Below are positions 18,516-30,881 of a stretch of DNA of 64,000 nucleotides, in pieces. How positions within the stretch are numbered: position 1 is the first letter of the stretch; every line of letters begins with the position of its first letter. The translations under genes were made by a program, and so were the position numbers. The DNA is from Candidatus Tectimicrobiota bacterium (GTDB lineage Bacteria > JACPUC01). The notes under the pieces were generated by a model. It searched no databases and was not told the DNA's origin. It was given only the letters and a program-made list of their open reading frames with translations. Where the stretch lies: the NCBI GenBank assembly GCA_016192455.1, contig JACPUC010000025.1:1-64000 (forward strand). The letters run 5' to 3'.

Positions 18516-18680
18516 CGCTGCGTCTCACGCGCTCGTTTCCAAATGACGCTGAGACACGACCGCAAGGCGGGGGCGAGGAGGACGATCCACCAGCCTCTCC
18601 GAAGAGGCCGCGCCAGCCCTCTCCGCGGCAAGCGGGAGGCGCGGCTGCGCCGGTGGGGAGGGGGCCCGCGGCCTCCATGG

Positions 18681-20180
18681 TCAACCGAGGAGCGCCTGAA
18701 CGGAGCGGAGCGCGAGGTCGAGGTAACGGGAGGGGAAGAGGCCGAGATCGAGCGTGCCGAGCACGGCCAGGATGAGGGCGATGACGAGGCTGCCGCTGAA
18801 TGAGGCGCCCGCGGCTTCGGCCTGCATCTCCGCGGCGGGCTCGCGCATGTACATGATGACGATGACGCGGAGGTAGTAGAAGACCGCCACGACGCTGTTG
18901 AGTACGGCGATGATCGTCAACCAGACGAAGCCGGCGTTGAGGGCTGACTTGAAGACCACGAACTTGCCGACGAACCCCGCCGTGGGCGGAATCCCCGCCA
19001 GGGAGACCATGAAGAGCGCCATGACAAGGGCCAGCCAGGGCCTTCGATAGCCGAGACCGGCGTAATCGGCAAGCCCCACTTGGTCGCGGTCGCCGCGGCC
19101 CATCGCCACCACGACGGCAAAGGCTCCCAAATTGAAGAAGGTGTAGGCGAGGGTGTAGAAGAGCACACTCGACACCCCAAGCCGCTGCGCCCCGCCGACT
19201 CCCCCCGAGGCCACCAGCGCCACCAGCACGTAGCCGGCGTGGGCGATGCTCGAGTACGCCAGCATGCGCTTGATGTTCGCCTGCACGATGGCGAGGATGT
19301 TGCCGAGGGTCATGGTGAGGGCGGCGATGAGCCAGAAGGCCCCCCACCAGTCGGCATGCAGCCCCTCCAGCGCGAAGCTGAAGACGCGCACCAGCGCCGC
19401 AAAGCCGGCCGCTTTCGGGCCGGCGGAGAGGAAGGCGGTGATCGAGGTGGGCGCCCCCTCGTAGACGTCGGGGGTGTACATGTGGAACGGCACCGCCGTC
19501 ACCTTGAAGCCGAACCCGACGATAAGCAGCCCCATCCCCACGTAGAGCAGGGCTGAGACGTTCCCCGCTGGAGCGGCCTTGAGGAAGCCGCCCATCGCCT
19601 TGAGGTTCGTCGTCCCCGTTGCTCCATAGAGGAAGGAGATGCCGTAGAGCAGGAAGCCGGTGGCGAAGGCGCCGAGGAGGAAGTACTTCATCGCCGCTTC
19701 GTTCGAGCGCGCCTGCCCGCGCAGGAAGCCGGCGAGCACATAGAGATTGAGGGAGAGAATCTCGACGCCGAGGAAGATGGTCATGAGATCGCCGCCCGCG
19801 GCCATGAGCATCATCCCCAGGGTGGAGAAGAGAATGAGCCCGTAGTACTCACCGACGTTCATCGAGTGACGCGCTCCGTAGCTGATCGACATGAGGACGA
19901 CGAGCATCGAGCTGGCTAGGAAGACATAGTTGAAGAAGACGGCGACGGCGTCGATCGCCAGGAGGCCATGGAACGGCGCCGCCACGACACCGCTCAGGCG
20001 GGAGTTAGCGTAGAAGGTGAGGAGCAACCCGAGCAGCGACAGGTAGGCGAGGAAGCTGCGATCGCCCGAGGCGCGCCGCCGGCCGAACGTATCGGCAAGC
20101 AGCACCACGAGTCCCGTGATGACGAGGATGAGCATGGGCGCCAGCAGGCCGAGGTCATACTCTGGGAAACGGAGTTCCAT
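18681..20180 (-). CDS. nuoN: NADH-quinone oxidoreductase subunit N
   Basis: EAAMKYFLLGA, FKVTAVPFH and KRMLAYSSIAHAGY motifs. Confidence 0.96.
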   Translation of the reverse strand: MELRFPEYDLGLLAPMLILVITGLVVLLADTFGRRRASGDRSFLAYLSLLGLLLTFYANSRLSGVVAAPFHGLLAIDAVAVFFNYVFLASSMLVVLMSISYGARHSMNVGEYYGLILFSTLGMMLMAAGGDLMTIFLGVEILSLNLYVLAGFLRGQARSNEAAMKYFLLGAFATGFLLYGISFLYGATGTTNLKAMGGFLKAAPAGNVSALLYVGMGLLIVGFGFKVTAVPFHMYTPDVYEGAPTSITAFLSAGPKAAGFAALVRVFSFALEGLHADWWGAFWLIAALTMTLGNILAIVQANIKRMLAYSSIAHAGYVLVALVASGGVGGAQRLGVSSVLFYTLAYTFFNLGAFAVVVAMGRGDRDQVGLADYAGLGYRRPWLALVMALFMVSLAGIPPTAGFVGKFVVFKSALNAGFVWLTIIAVLNSVVAVFYYLRVIVIMYMREPAAEMQAEAAGASFSGSLVIALILAVLGTLDLGLFPSRYLDLALRSVQALLG

Positions 20181-20183
20181 CGG

Positions 20184-21899
<1,716 letters not shown>

Positions 21900-21994
21900 C
21901 CGGTATCCCTGCCTGTCAACCCTGTCCGCGATTCCCGCCCGCGCCGTGGGTCAGGTCGCATCCCAGGCGTCGCGGCCGGCCGCGCCGGTCATCG

Positions 21995-23929
21995 TCAACG
22001 CATCACGAAGTAGAGCACGAGCAGCATGGCGCCCAGGACCATGGTCACGGCGTAGCTCTTCACGTAGCCGGTCTGCAGGCGGCGCAGGGCGCCGCTGGCG
22101 CCGCGGATGAGGTCGGCGGCCCCGTTGGCGATGCCATCGATCACCAGCACATCGAAGCCCCGCCAGAGGATGGTCCCCAACTGCTTCACCGGCCTCACGA
22201 CGAGGAGGTCGTAAGCTTCGTCGACGAAGTACTTGCCGCATAGCAGCCGATACAGCCACGCGTTCACCTCGGCCGCCCGCTGCGCCAGCTCCGGCCGCTG
22301 CAGGAAGAACCGCCGCGCCATGACGAGGCCGGCGACGGCGATGGCCAGCGACACGATCATCATGAAGAGCTCGAAGCCGATCGCCGCATGACCGGCCTCC
22401 GCGGCGGCCGCTCCGTGGGCGAGGGGGGCGCGCGCCAGGACAGGCTCCAGGAAGCTCTTAAAGAGGTTCCCCCCTTGAATGAGGGGCAAGCCGACGAAGC
22501 CGCCGAGGATCGACAACACCGCCAGGACCACGAGGGGCCGCGTCATCACCTTCGGCGACTCATGGATGTGGGCGGCGCGCTCCGCCGACACGCGCGACGG
22601 GCCATGGAAGGTGAGATAGATCAGCCGGAACATGTAGAGCGCCGTCAGGAACGCCGTGAACGCGGCGACCGCCCAGAGGAAGAGGCTCTCCTGCAGGGTC
22701 TCCCAGAGAATCTCGTCCTTGCTGAAGAAACCGGCGAAGGGAAAGATGCCGGCGATCGCCAGGGCGCCGATCCAGAAGGTGATGCCGGTGGTGCGCAGTT
22801 TGGAGAACAATCCCCCCATCCTGCGCAGGTCCTGCTCTCCACCCAGGGCGTGAATGACGCTGCCGGAGCCAAGGAATAAGAGCGACTTGAAGAAGGCGTG
22901 CGTCATGAGGTGGAAGATGGCGGCGGTGAATGCGCCGACGCCGCAGGCGAGGAACATGTAGCCGAGCTGGCTCACCGTCGAATAGGCCAGGACGCGCTTG
23001 ATGTCGGTCTGCACCAGGCCCATGGTGGCGGCGAAGAAGGCGGTCGCCAGACCGATGCCGGCCACCACCGTGAGGCTCAGCGGCGCCAGCGCGAAGAGGG
23101 CGCTGGTGCGCACCACCATGTAGACCCCCGCCGTCACCATGGTGGCGGCATGAATGAGGGCGCTCACCGGGGTGGGACCCTCCATGGCGTCGGGCAGCCA
23201 GACGTAGAGCGGAAGCTGCGCCGACTTGCCGGTGGCGCCCACGAAGAGGAGCAGCGTGATCGCCGTGATCGCCGCGCCGCTGACGACGCCGCTCTGGACG
23301 AGCTGCGGCGCCTTGCTGAAGACCGTCGTGAAGTCGAGACTGCCGAAAAGGGCGAAGATGAGAAAAATGGCCAGAAGGAACCCGAAGTCGCCGACGCGGT
23401 TGACGATGAACGCCTTCTTCCCCGCGTCGGCTGCTGATTTCCGTTCGTACCAGAAGCCGATGAGCAGGTAGGAGCAAAGCCCCACCCCTTCCCAGCCGAC
23501 GAACAGGAGGAGGAAGTTGTTCGCCAGCACGAGGATCAGCATGGAGAAGATGAAGAGGTTGAGGTAGACGAAGTAGCGCCGGAAGCCGGGGTCGCCGTGC
23601 ATGTAGCCGATCGAGTAGACATGGATGATGAAACCGACGCCGGTGACCACGAGCGCCATGATGATCGAGAGCTGATCAACGAGCAGCCCGAAGCCGGCGG
23701 AGAGGCTGCCGGAGGCGATCCACGTATAGACGTTGAGTTCGATGTGGCGTTGCTGCGGGGGCAGCTTCAGGAGCGCCAGGAACGCGCCCACGGCAACGAG
23801 CAAGGCCAGGCCCACCACCGCCGAGGCAAGCCAGCCGATGCCGCGCTCGCTCATCCTCCCGGTCACGAAGAGGTTGAGGAACACCCCCAGGAGCGGCAGG
23901 GCAAGCATGAGCCAGGCAAGATCGAGCAT
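21995..23929 (-). CDS. nuoL: NADH-quinone oxidoreductase subunit L
   Basis: [15 protein letters not shown] and [32 protein letters not shown] motifs. Confidence 0.96.
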   Translation of the reverse strand: MLDLAWLMLALPLLGVFLNLFVTGRMSERGIGWLASAVVGLALLVAVGAFLALLKLPPQQRHIELNVYTWIASGSLSAGFGLLVDQLSIIMALVVTGVGFIIHVYSIGYMHGDPGFRRYFVYLNLFIFSMLILVLANNFLLLFVGWEGVGLCSYLLIGFWYERKSAADAGKKAFIVNRVGDFGFLLAIFLIFALFGSLDFTTVFSKAPQLVQSGVVSGAAITAITLLLFVGATGKSAQLPLYVWLPDAMEGPTPVSALIHAATMVTAGVYMVVRTSALFALAPLSLTVVAGIGLATAFFAATMGLVQTDIKRVLAYSTVSQLGYMFLACGVGAFTAAIFHLMTHAFFKSLLFLGSGSVIHALGGEQDLRRMGGLFSKLRTTGITFWIGALAIAGIFPFAGFFSKDEILWETLQESLFLWAVAAFTAFLTALYMFRLIYLTFHGPSRVSAERAAHIHESPKVMTRPLVVLAVLSILGGFVGLPLIQGGNLFKSFLEPVLARAPLAHGAAAAEAGHAAIGFELFMMIVSLAIAVAGLVMARRFFLQRPELAQRAAEVNAWLYRLLCGKYFVDEAYDLLVVRPVKQLGTILWRGFDVLVIDGIANGAADLIRGASGALRRLQTGYVKSYAVTMVLGAMLLVLYFVMR

Positions 23930-23974
23930 GGTGGAAACACCTTCCTTGGACAACGAGTGGGGAGCAGCGGCAGC

Positions 23975-24286
23975 TCACCCGCGCAGCAAGTTCACCTCAT
24001 CCACATCCACCGACTCGCGCGAGCGGAAGATCGTCAGGATGATCGCCAGCCCCACCGCAACCTCCGCCGCGGCCACCGTCATGACGAAAAAGAAGAAAAT
24101 CTGCCCCGACATCGAGTGCAGGAAGCGGGAGAAGGCGATGAACGACAGGTTCACGCCGCTGAGCATGATCTCGATGCACATGAAGATGACCAGGGCGTTG
24201 CGGCGCAGCAGGACGCCCGCCACGCCGATGCTGAAGACGATGGCGCTGAGGACGAGGTACCAGGAAAGCGGCACGGTGAAGGACAT
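23975..24286 (-). CDS. nuoK: NADH-quinone oxidoreductase subunit K
   Basis: [15 protein letters not shown] and [12 protein letters not shown] motifs. Confidence 0.95.
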   Translation of the reverse strand: MSFTVPLSWYLVLSAIVFSIGVAGVLLRRNALVIFMCIEIMLSGVNLSFIAFSRFLHSMSGQIFFFFVMTVAAAEVAVGLAIILTIFRSRESVDVDEVNLLRG

Positions 24287-24290
24287 GGCA

Positions 24291-24845
24291 TCAATCCGCG
24301 CGTGAGGAGGCGGCGGGCGGTGGCGACGACGCGCCGAGCGGACGCCGTCGCGCCAGCACCATGGCCCCGATCATGGCGACGAGGAGCAGGACCGAGGTCG
24401 CCTCGAAGAGGAACAGGAAGTCGGTGAAGAGGAGCTTGCCGAAGACCTGCGCGTTGCCAAGCTCGGCCAGGCGCTGCGGCGTGAACTCCCCCTGCGGCCC
24501 CAGCCGCACTTCGCCCGCCACCGTGACGGCCACCAGGCCGAAGAGGATGATCGTCAGGATGAGACCAAAGAGCTTCTGCCAGCGCAGCTTCGCCTCGGGC
24601 GCCTGGCGGTCGCGCACGTTGAGGAGCATGACGACGAAGAGGAAGAGGACCATGATGGCGCCGGCATAGACGAGCACCTGGAGCACCGCGATGATCTGCG
24701 CCTGCAAGAGCACGAACTGCCCTGCCAAGCCCAGGAACGCCAGGATCAGGAAGAGCGCGCTGTAGACCGGGTTCCTCTGCGCCACGACCATGAGCGAGGC
24801 GCCCACGAGAATCACCGCCAAGATGACGAACATGATGAGTTCCAT
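24291..24845 (-). CDS. nuoJ: NADH-quinone oxidoreductase subunit J
   Basis: NPVYSALFL and [20 protein letters not shown] motifs. Confidence 0.95.
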   Translation of the reverse strand: MELIMFVILAVILVGASLMVVAQRNPVYSALFLILAFLGLAGQFVLLQAQIIAVLQVLVYAGAIMVLFLFVVMLLNVRDRQAPEAKLRWQKLFGLILTIILFGLVAVTVAGEVRLGPQGEFTPQRLAELGNAQVFGKLLFTDFLFLFEATSVLLLVAMIGAMVLARRRPLGASSPPPAASSRAD

Positions 24846-24999
24846 CACGCGCACCCACGGGATGACGCAGCGCCCTCGCGGAGCTGCGCGTTCTCTCCTC
24901 GCTCCGGCCCCGCGGCTCGCCTCGGGAGCCGCGCGCCACCCTGCTTCCTGAACCGCCTGAAGAGTCCCCTGCCGAGCGGCATGGCGCGGCGGCGTCGCC

Positions 25000-26025
25000 C
25001 TACACCCACTTCGCCACCACCAGGTAGCCGCTGTAGAAGATGTTGAGGATCGCCAGCGGCAGGGTGATCTTCCAGCCCAGGCGCATGAGCTGATCGTAGC
25101 GGAAGCGCGGCAGCGTCCAGCGCACCCAGACGAAGAAGAAGAGCATTACCCCCACTTTGAGGACGAAGGCCAGCACCTGCGCGAGACTGAGGAGCAGCGG
25201 CGGCAGCCCCGCCTGCTCGAGGTAGGGGACCTGCCAGCCGCCGAGGTAGAGGCTGACGACCACCGCGGAGGCGGTGAGCATGTTGGCGTACTCCGCCATG
25301 AAGAACATGGCGAACTTCATGCTGCTGTACTCGGTGTGGTAGCCGCCGACCAGCTCGGGCTCCGCCTCCGGCAGATCGAACGGCAGGCGGTTCGTCTCGG
25401 CGAAGACGGCGATGAGGAAGATGATGAACCCCAGCGGCTGCATCCAGAAGTTCCAGCGCAGGCCGCTCTGCGCCGCGACGATGTCGGGCAGGCGCAGCGA
25501 TCCCGCCACGATGAGCACCCCGACGGCGGCGAGGCCAAGGGAGAGCTCATAGCTGATCATCTGGGCCGAGGCGCGCAAGCCGCCGATGAGCGAGTACTTG
25601 CTGTTCGACGACCAGCCCGCCAGGACGACGCCATACACCCCCATGCTCGTCAACGCGAAGATGTAGAGGAAACCGATATTGACGTTGGCGATGACGAGCG
25701 GGATGTCGCGCCCGAAGAGCGGCAGAGTGTTGCCGAAAGGGATGACCGCCATGGTGATGAAGGCCGGCACCAGCGCCACCAGCGGCGCCAGCAGGTAGAC
25801 CGGGCGGTTGACGTAGTGCGGGATGAGGTCCTCCTTGAACATGAACTTCAGGCCGTCGGCCAGCGGCTGCAGGAGGCCGAAGGGACCCACTCGGTTCGGG
25901 CCGCGCCGGTCCTGGATGAAGGCGCTCACGCGGCGCTCCACGAGCGACAGGTAGGCCACCATGGTCAGGTAGACCCCAAAGACGACGAGGATTTTCACGA
26001 TGGTGATGAGCAGGTCGGTCATCAT
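25000..26025 (-). CDS. nuoH: NADH-quinone oxidoreductase subunit H
   Basis: [34 protein letters not shown] and PRFRYDQLM motifs. Confidence 0.97.
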   Translation of the reverse strand: MMTDLLITIVKILVVFGVYLTMVAYLSLVERRVSAFIQDRRGPNRVGPFGLLQPLADGLKFMFKEDLIPHYVNRPVYLLAPLVALVPAFITMAVIPFGNTLPLFGRDIPLVIANVNIGFLYIFALTSMGVYGVVLAGWSSNSKYSLIGGLRASAQMISYELSLGLAAVGVLIVAGSLRLPDIVAAQSGLRWNFWMQPLGFIIFLIAVFAETNRLPFDLPEAEPELVGGYHTEYSSMKFAMFFMAEYANMLTASAVVVSLYLGGWQVPYLEQAGLPPLLLSLAQVLAFVLKVGVMLFFFVWVRWTLPRFRYDQLMRLGWKITLPLAILNIFYSGYLVVAKWV

Positions 26026-27599
26026 GCTTGCAGCGCCACCCCCAGGGAGCCGAGCTCGGCATAGACCGCCTTGACATAGGCGGGAACTTCCACCGCAATC
26101 TCCTGCATGATGTCCGCCGGCGAGTCATAGGCCCACTCCGCCCCGAGCTGCTGGGCGAGATCGCGGAGGATGCGCCAGTCGGCCCGCGCGTCGCCGGGCG
26201 GATGGAAGGCGCGGTGAAGCCGCTGCACGCGGCCGCCGTCGTTCGTGAAGCTCCCGTCCCGCTCCGGGAAGGCGCTGCCCGCCAGCACCAGATGGGCAAG
26301 CTGCGTGGTGGCGGTGGGCAGGATGTCCTGCACGAGAAGGCCCTGCAGCTTGCCGAGGGCGGCGCGAATGCGGTCGCTCTCCCCAAACTCCCCCACGGGA
26401 TCTTCGTGCAGCACGTAGAGGACGGAGATTTCCCCCGCCTCGATGCCGGCAAGGATGCTCTCCCAGCCCTCCTTCCCGGCGGCCACGCAGCCCAGCTCCC
26501 TGGCGCCGCGATAGTTGGGCGACTTGTCGGCCTTGTAGAGGAAGCCGTCGGCGCTCTCCGGTCCCTTGTCGCGCGGGCGGCAGTCGAGGCGCTTGCCTCC
26601 GAGCACCTGGGTGAGAAGTTTGCGAAAGAGGTAGAGCTCCTCGTTGGTGGCGAAGGGACCGGCCAGCCCCGCCAGGGCTGCCGCCTTGGCGCCTTTCAGC
26701 AGCTCCGCCGCCTGGCGCAGGGCGTTCCGCCAGGCCGTGGGGCGCTGCGCCGCGCCTGACTTCACCAACGGTGTGGCGAGTCGCGTAGCAGCATGGACGT
26801 ACTTGTACCCCAGCCGCCCCGTGTCGCACATCCAGTGTTCGTTCACGGTGTCGTTGATGCGCGGGGTGAGCCGCATGATCTGGCCGTGGCGGTGCCAGAC
26901 GGTGATGTTGCAGCCGGTGCTGCATCCCGGGCAGATGCTTGCCGTCTGCGCCATCTCCCAGACGCGCGACTTGAAGCGGTAGTCGCGGTTCGTCAGAGCA
27001 CCCACGGGGCAGAGATCAATGGTGTTCATCGAGTAGTTGTTGTCGAGCTGCCTGCCGGGGGAGGTGCCGATCTCCACGTGGTTGCCGCGCTGCAAGAAGC
27101 CGAGCTCGGAGGTCTTGGTGATCTCGTCGCAGAAGCGGATGCAGCGGGAGCAGAGGATGCAGCGCTCGGCGTCGAGCATGACGCGCGGTCCCACCGGCAC
27201 GCGCTTGGGTTTGTGGACCTTCTCTTCGATGAAGCGGCTGTACCCCTGGCCGTGCTCGAAGGCGTAATCCTGCAGCTTGCACTCGCCGCACTGGTCGCAG
27301 ATGGGGCAGTCGAGGGGATGGTTGACGAGGAGGAACTCCATCACCCCCTGGCGCGCCTGCACCGCCATCTCGGAGGTGGTCTTCACCACCATGCCGTCGG
27401 TCGCCTGGGTGTTGCACGCGATGAGGGGCTTCGGCTGCCCCACCACCTCGACCAGGCACATGCGGCAGTTGCCGGCGATGGAGAGCTTCTCGTGCCAGCA
27501 GTAGTGGGGGATGGTGATGCCGAGCTGCTTGGCGGCCACGATCACCGTGGTGCCGGGATTAACGGTGATCTCCTTGCCATCTATGGTCACCTTGGGCAT
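26022..27599 (-). CDS. nuoG: NADH-quinone oxidoreductase subunit G (short, 525 aa)
   Basis: CWHEKLSIAGNCRMC, HPLDCPICDQCGEC, CILCSRC and CPGCSTGC Fe-S motifs. Confidence 0.92.
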   Translation of the reverse strand: MPKVTIDGKEITVNPGTTVIVAAKQLGITIPHYCWHEKLSIAGNCRMCLVEVVGQPKPLIACNTQATDGMVVKTTSEMAVQARQGVMEFLLVNHPLDCPICDQCGECKLQDYAFEHGQGYSRFIEEKVHKPKRVPVGPRVMLDAERCILCSRCIRFCDEITKTSELGFLQRGNHVEIGTSPGRQLDNNYSMNTIDLCPVGALTNRDYRFKSRVWEMAQTASICPGCSTGCNITVWHRHGQIMRLTPRINDTVNEHWMCDTGRLGYKYVHAATRLATPLVKSGAAQRPTAWRNALRQAAELLKGAKAAALAGLAGPFATNEELYLFRKLLTQVLGGKRLDCRPRDKGPESADGFLYKADKSPNYRGARELGCVAAGKEGWESILAGIEAGEISVLYVLHEDPVGEFGESDRIRAALGKLQGLLVQDILPTATTQLAHLVLAGSAFPERDGSFTNDGGRVQRLHRAFHPPGDARADWRILRDLAQQLGAEWAYDSPADIMQEIAVEVPAYVKAVYAELGSLGVALQA

Positions 27600-27617
27600 G
27601 GCGTCACCTTGGGCATG
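27586..27617. repeat. 15-bp direct repeat duplicating the nuoG start
   Basis: GTCACCTTGGGCATG at 27586-27600 and 27603-27617. Confidence 0.85.
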
Positions 27618-27634
27618 AGTGTGCGCTGCTCCCG

Positions 27635-28969
27635 TTACGCTGAGACTTGCACGGGGATCAGATCGGCGCGGCGGCCGCCCAGGACCCCCGGCACGGGACC
27701 GGGGTCCGGCAGGCCGCTGCCCCGCCGGATGCGCTCCTCGAAGTCGGCGCGAAACCGGCTGATGTTGTAGCGGATGGGCCAGGCCGCGGCGTCGCCGAAG
27801 GGGCAGATGGTGCGCCCTTCCATATTGGCGCAGATCGACAGGAGGAGATCGAGGTCCTCCATCCTCCCCTGCCCCGCTTCGATGCGGCGCAGAATTTGCG
27901 GTATCCAGCCGCTCCCCTCGCGGCAGGGAGTGCACTGCCCGCAGGACTCATGGTGGTAGAACTCGGCGATGCGCCGGGTGACCGCCACGATGTCGGTGGT
28001 CTCATCCATGACGATGATGGCGCCGGTGCCGAAAAGCGAGCTAACCGTTCGCAGGCCGTCGTGGTCCATCGGCGTGTCGAGCATCTCCGCCGTCAGGATC
28101 GGCGTCGAGGAGCCGCCGGGGATCACGCCCTTGATCTTGCGGCCGCCTGGGACGCCGCCGGCGTGCTCATAGATGATTTCGCGCAGCGGCGTGCCAAGAG
28201 GGAGCTCGTAGAGCCCCGGCCGGTTGACGTGGCCGCTGACGCCGAAGAGGGTGGTGCCTGGGCTTGCCTTGGTGCCCATGCTGCGATACCAATCGGCGCC
28301 GTGCTTGATGATGTGGGGCACCGTGCAGAGGGTCTCGACGTTGTTGACCGTCGTCGGGCAGCCGTACACCCCGTAGCCGGCGGGAAATGGCGGTTTGGGC
28401 CTCGGGTAGCCGCGTTTGCCCTCCAGCGACTCCATGAGTGCCGTCTCTTCGCCGCAGATGTAGGCACCGGCGCCGCGGTAGAGGATGATGTCGATGTCGT
28501 GCCCGGTGCCGTCGAGGTTCTGTCCCACAAACCCCCGAGCGCGCGCCTCCTCGAGGGCCGCGCTGAGGCGCCGGTAGCCCAGGCCGAACTCCCCCCGCAC
28601 ATAGACGAAGGCCAACTTCGAGCGAATGGCGTAGGCGCCGATGATGATGCCTTCGATGAGGCTGTGGGGATCGGTCTCGATGATCTTGCGGTCCTTGAAG
28701 GTGCCCGGCTCCCCCTCGTCGGCGTTGCAGCAGAGGTAGTGCGGCTTCTTCGGCTCCTTCGGCATGAAGCTCCACTTCACGCCGGTGGGAAAGCCGGCCC
28801 CGCCCCGGCCGCGCAGGCCGGAGGCCTTCACGACCTCGACGACCTCCTCGACCGTCAGGCGCAGCGCCTTCTTCAGGCCCTCGTAACCGCCGCGCTCGAT
28901 GAAGACGTCGATCGTCTCGGCGTTCGGCACCTCGAAGTTCTTGCTGATGATCCTGATCTGCTCAGCCAT
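27635..28969 (-). CDS. nuoF: NADH-quinone oxidoreductase subunit F
   Basis: GLRGRGGAGFPTG, NADEGEPGTFKDR, GAGAYICGEETAL and ESCGQCTPCREG motifs. Confidence 0.97.
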   Translation of the reverse strand: MAEQIRIISKNFEVPNAETIDVFIERGGYEGLKKALRLTVEEVVEVVKASGLRGRGGAGFPTGVKWSFMPKEPKKPHYLCCNADEGEPGTFKDRKIIETDPHSLIEGIIIGAYAIRSKLAFVYVRGEFGLGYRRLSAALEEARARGFVGQNLDGTGHDIDIILYRGAGAYICGEETALMESLEGKRGYPRPKPPFPAGYGVYGCPTTVNNVETLCTVPHIIKHGADWYRSMGTKASPGTTLFGVSGHVNRPGLYELPLGTPLREIIYEHAGGVPGGRKIKGVIPGGSSTPILTAEMLDTPMDHDGLRTVSSLFGTGAIIVMDETTDIVAVTRRIAEFYHHESCGQCTPCREGSGWIPQILRRIEAGQGRMEDLDLLLSICANMEGRTICPFGDAAAWPIRYNISRFRADFEERIRRGSGLPDPGPVPGVLGGRRADLIPVQVSA

Positions 28970-29045
28970 TGCTACGCCGCCGGCGCCTCCATGCGCTTCG
29001 CTCGGCCGGGGTGCTCCCAGCACGCTCGCTCTGCCCCATCGCTGC

Positions 29046-29510
29046 TCAGGGAAGCTCCGCGAGGTAGGCCGTGAGTCGTTCCGTCGAGAGATTCTCCACG
29101 TAGTCGCTGTTCACCTGCATGGCGGGCGCTCCGCCGCAGGCAGCCAGGCACTCGACCGTGCTCACGCTGAAGCGCTGGTCGGCGGTCGTCTCACCCGGCT
29201 TGATGCCAAGCTTCTTCTGGATCGCCTGGAGAATCTCGCCGCTGTTCCGCAGCATGCAGGCGATGTTCGTGCAGACCTGCAGGTGGTAGCGGCCCACCGG
29301 CTTCTTGTTGAAGAGGGTATAGAAGGAGGCAACCTCGTGCACTTTGATCGGCGGCAGTCCGAGGAGCTCGGCCACGTAGTCCTGCGCCTGCGGCGACAGC
29401 CAGCCCAGCTCCTCCTGCACGAGGTGGAGCACGGGCAGCACGGCCGAGCGCTTCTGCGGGAAGCGCGCGATGGTGTCGCGAATCTTCGTCAACTGCTCCT
29501 CGGAGACCAT
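29046..29510 (-). CDS. nuoE: NADH-quinone oxidoreductase subunit E
   Basis: VASFY, CTNIAC and ECLAACGGAP 2Fe-2S ligands. Confidence 0.95.
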   Translation of the reverse strand: MVSEEQLTKIRDTIARFPQKRSAVLPVLHLVQEELGWLSPQAQDYVAELLGLPPIKVHEVASFYTLFNKKPVGRYHLQVCTNIACMLRNSGEILQAIQKKLGIKPGETTADQRFSVSTVECLAACGGAPAMQVNSDYVENLSTERLTAYLAELP

Positions 29511-29639
29511 GGCTCTTCTGCTCTTGCTCCTGTCACCGTACCCGGCGTGCCGACGGTGAGGATCGCGGCGGTTGCCTGGGGTAGCTCCGTTCCATCTCGC
29601 CCATGCGGCGCGAGGAATCGCCTGCCGCCGCCGGGCAAC

Positions 29640-30104
29640 TCACCGGCCCTGCAAGGGAAACTCCTTCCGCAGCGGAAAGTCGGTGAAGTCTTCCGGCATG
29701 AGGATGCGACGAAGATCAGGGTGGCCCTCGAACTGGATGCCGAAGAGGTCGTAGGTCTCCCGTTCATGCCAGTTGGCTGCCGGCCAGAGACTGGTCAGCG
29801 AGGGCAGGGATGGATGCTCGGCCGGCACATCGGCCTTCAGCCGCAAGCGGGCATTGCCGAGAAAGGAGTAGAGGTGGTAGACGACGGTGAAGACGTTGCG
29901 CTGCTGCACGTAGTCAGCCGCCGTCACGTCGGTCAGCATCTCGAAGCGCAGCTCGGGATCATCCCGCAGAACGCGGCAGATGTCCACCAGGCGCGCCGCC
30001 GCCACGAGCACCGTCATCTCGCCGCGGAACTCCTGCACCTCGCGGAGCGCCTCTCCGAACCGCTCTCTCAGCTTCATCACCGCGCGCTCAGCATGCTCCT
30101 CCAT
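29640..30104 (-). CDS. nuoC: NADH-quinone oxidoreductase subunit C (stand-alone)
   Basis: ANWHERETYDLFGIQFEGHPDLRRIL...PLRKEFP; ends without a fused D domain. Confidence 0.95.
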   Translation of the reverse strand: MEEHAERAVMKLRERFGEALREVQEFRGEMTVLVAAARLVDICRVLRDDPELRFEMLTDVTAADYVQQRNVFTVVYHLYSFLGNARLRLKADVPAEHPSLPSLTSLWPAANWHERETYDLFGIQFEGHPDLRRILMPEDFTDFPLRKEFPLQGR

Positions 30105-30375
30105 GGGTCATCCAACTTGCTCTGAGGTGGGAATCAATGAGTGATCGTCGGGTGAACGAGGGGGTGAGCGCCGCTCCGCCCGCTCTCAGGCATCCAGCTT
30201 AGCGCCGCATCCCACGCGGATTGCTCGACTGTCTCGGCGGCCCTGGCCGGCGCTCGAGCCGCCGCTCCGGCCCCGTGCTGGCTACCGGCGTCCGGTGCGC
30301 CTCCGAGCCGGAAGCTGGCGTTCCGAGGTCTCGCAGAGGTTGCCACGCCCCCGACGGCCCCGTCTCTTGCCCCGG

Positions 30376-30735
30376 TTAATCCCACTCCAGCGCCCCCCGG
30401 CGCCACACGTAGACGTAGCCAAGGAGCAGGATCACCAGAAAGATGGCCATGGAAACGAAACCGAACAAGCCCAATTCCCGCAGCACGATCGCCCACGGGA
30501 AGAGCGGCACCGCTTCAATATCGAAGAGCACGAAGAGGACCGCAATGAGGTAGAAGCGGATGGAGAGGCGCAGGGTGCCGGAACCACGGGGAACCACGCC
30601 GCACTCGTAGGCCGCGAGCTTCTCGACGGATGGCTTGCGCGGCCCCATAAGGTGCGTGAGGACGAGCACGAGCAGCCCAAAGCCCGTGGCGAGGACGATG
30701 AGGATGAGGATCGGCACGAAGGTTTCTTCCATCAC
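30376..30735 (-). CDS. nuoA: NADH-quinone oxidoreductase subunit A
   Basis: YECG, FYLIAVLFVLFDIE and GALEWD motifs. Confidence 0.96.
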   Translation of the reverse strand: MMEETFVPILILIVLATGFGLLVLVLTHLMGPRKPSVEKLAAYECGVVPRGSGTLRLSIRFYLIAVLFVLFDIEAVPLFPWAIVLRELGLFGFVSMAIFLVILLLGYVYVWRRGALEWD

Positions 30736-30805
30736 TCAGCCCGTCTCGAACCGTCCGGCAGTGCCCGCTCGCCCACCGCTCTGGGATTCCTACCGCGCGG
30801 CAGGA

Positions 30806-30835
30806 AGCCTACCGCATCCGATCCCTCTTCGTCAA
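30806..30835 (-). promoter_or_regulatory. Candidate sigma70 promoter of nuo operon
   Basis: Minus strand TTGACG, 18 bp spacer, TAGGCT. Confidence 0.4.
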
Positions 30836-30881
30836 GCAAATTACCAGGCAGCAGTGCGCCACAGCACTGCCATGCCTCTCC

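Noticed and set aside
26022-27599. nuoG as a truncated pseudogene
   Set aside because: All Fe-S motifs are intact and the stop is coupled to the nuoH start; short NuoG forms are plausible.
30134-30496. 120-aa minus-strand ORF in the nuoB position
   Set aside because: It overlaps nuoA out of frame and lacks the NuoB CC and GCPP motifs, so it is not an intact nuoB.
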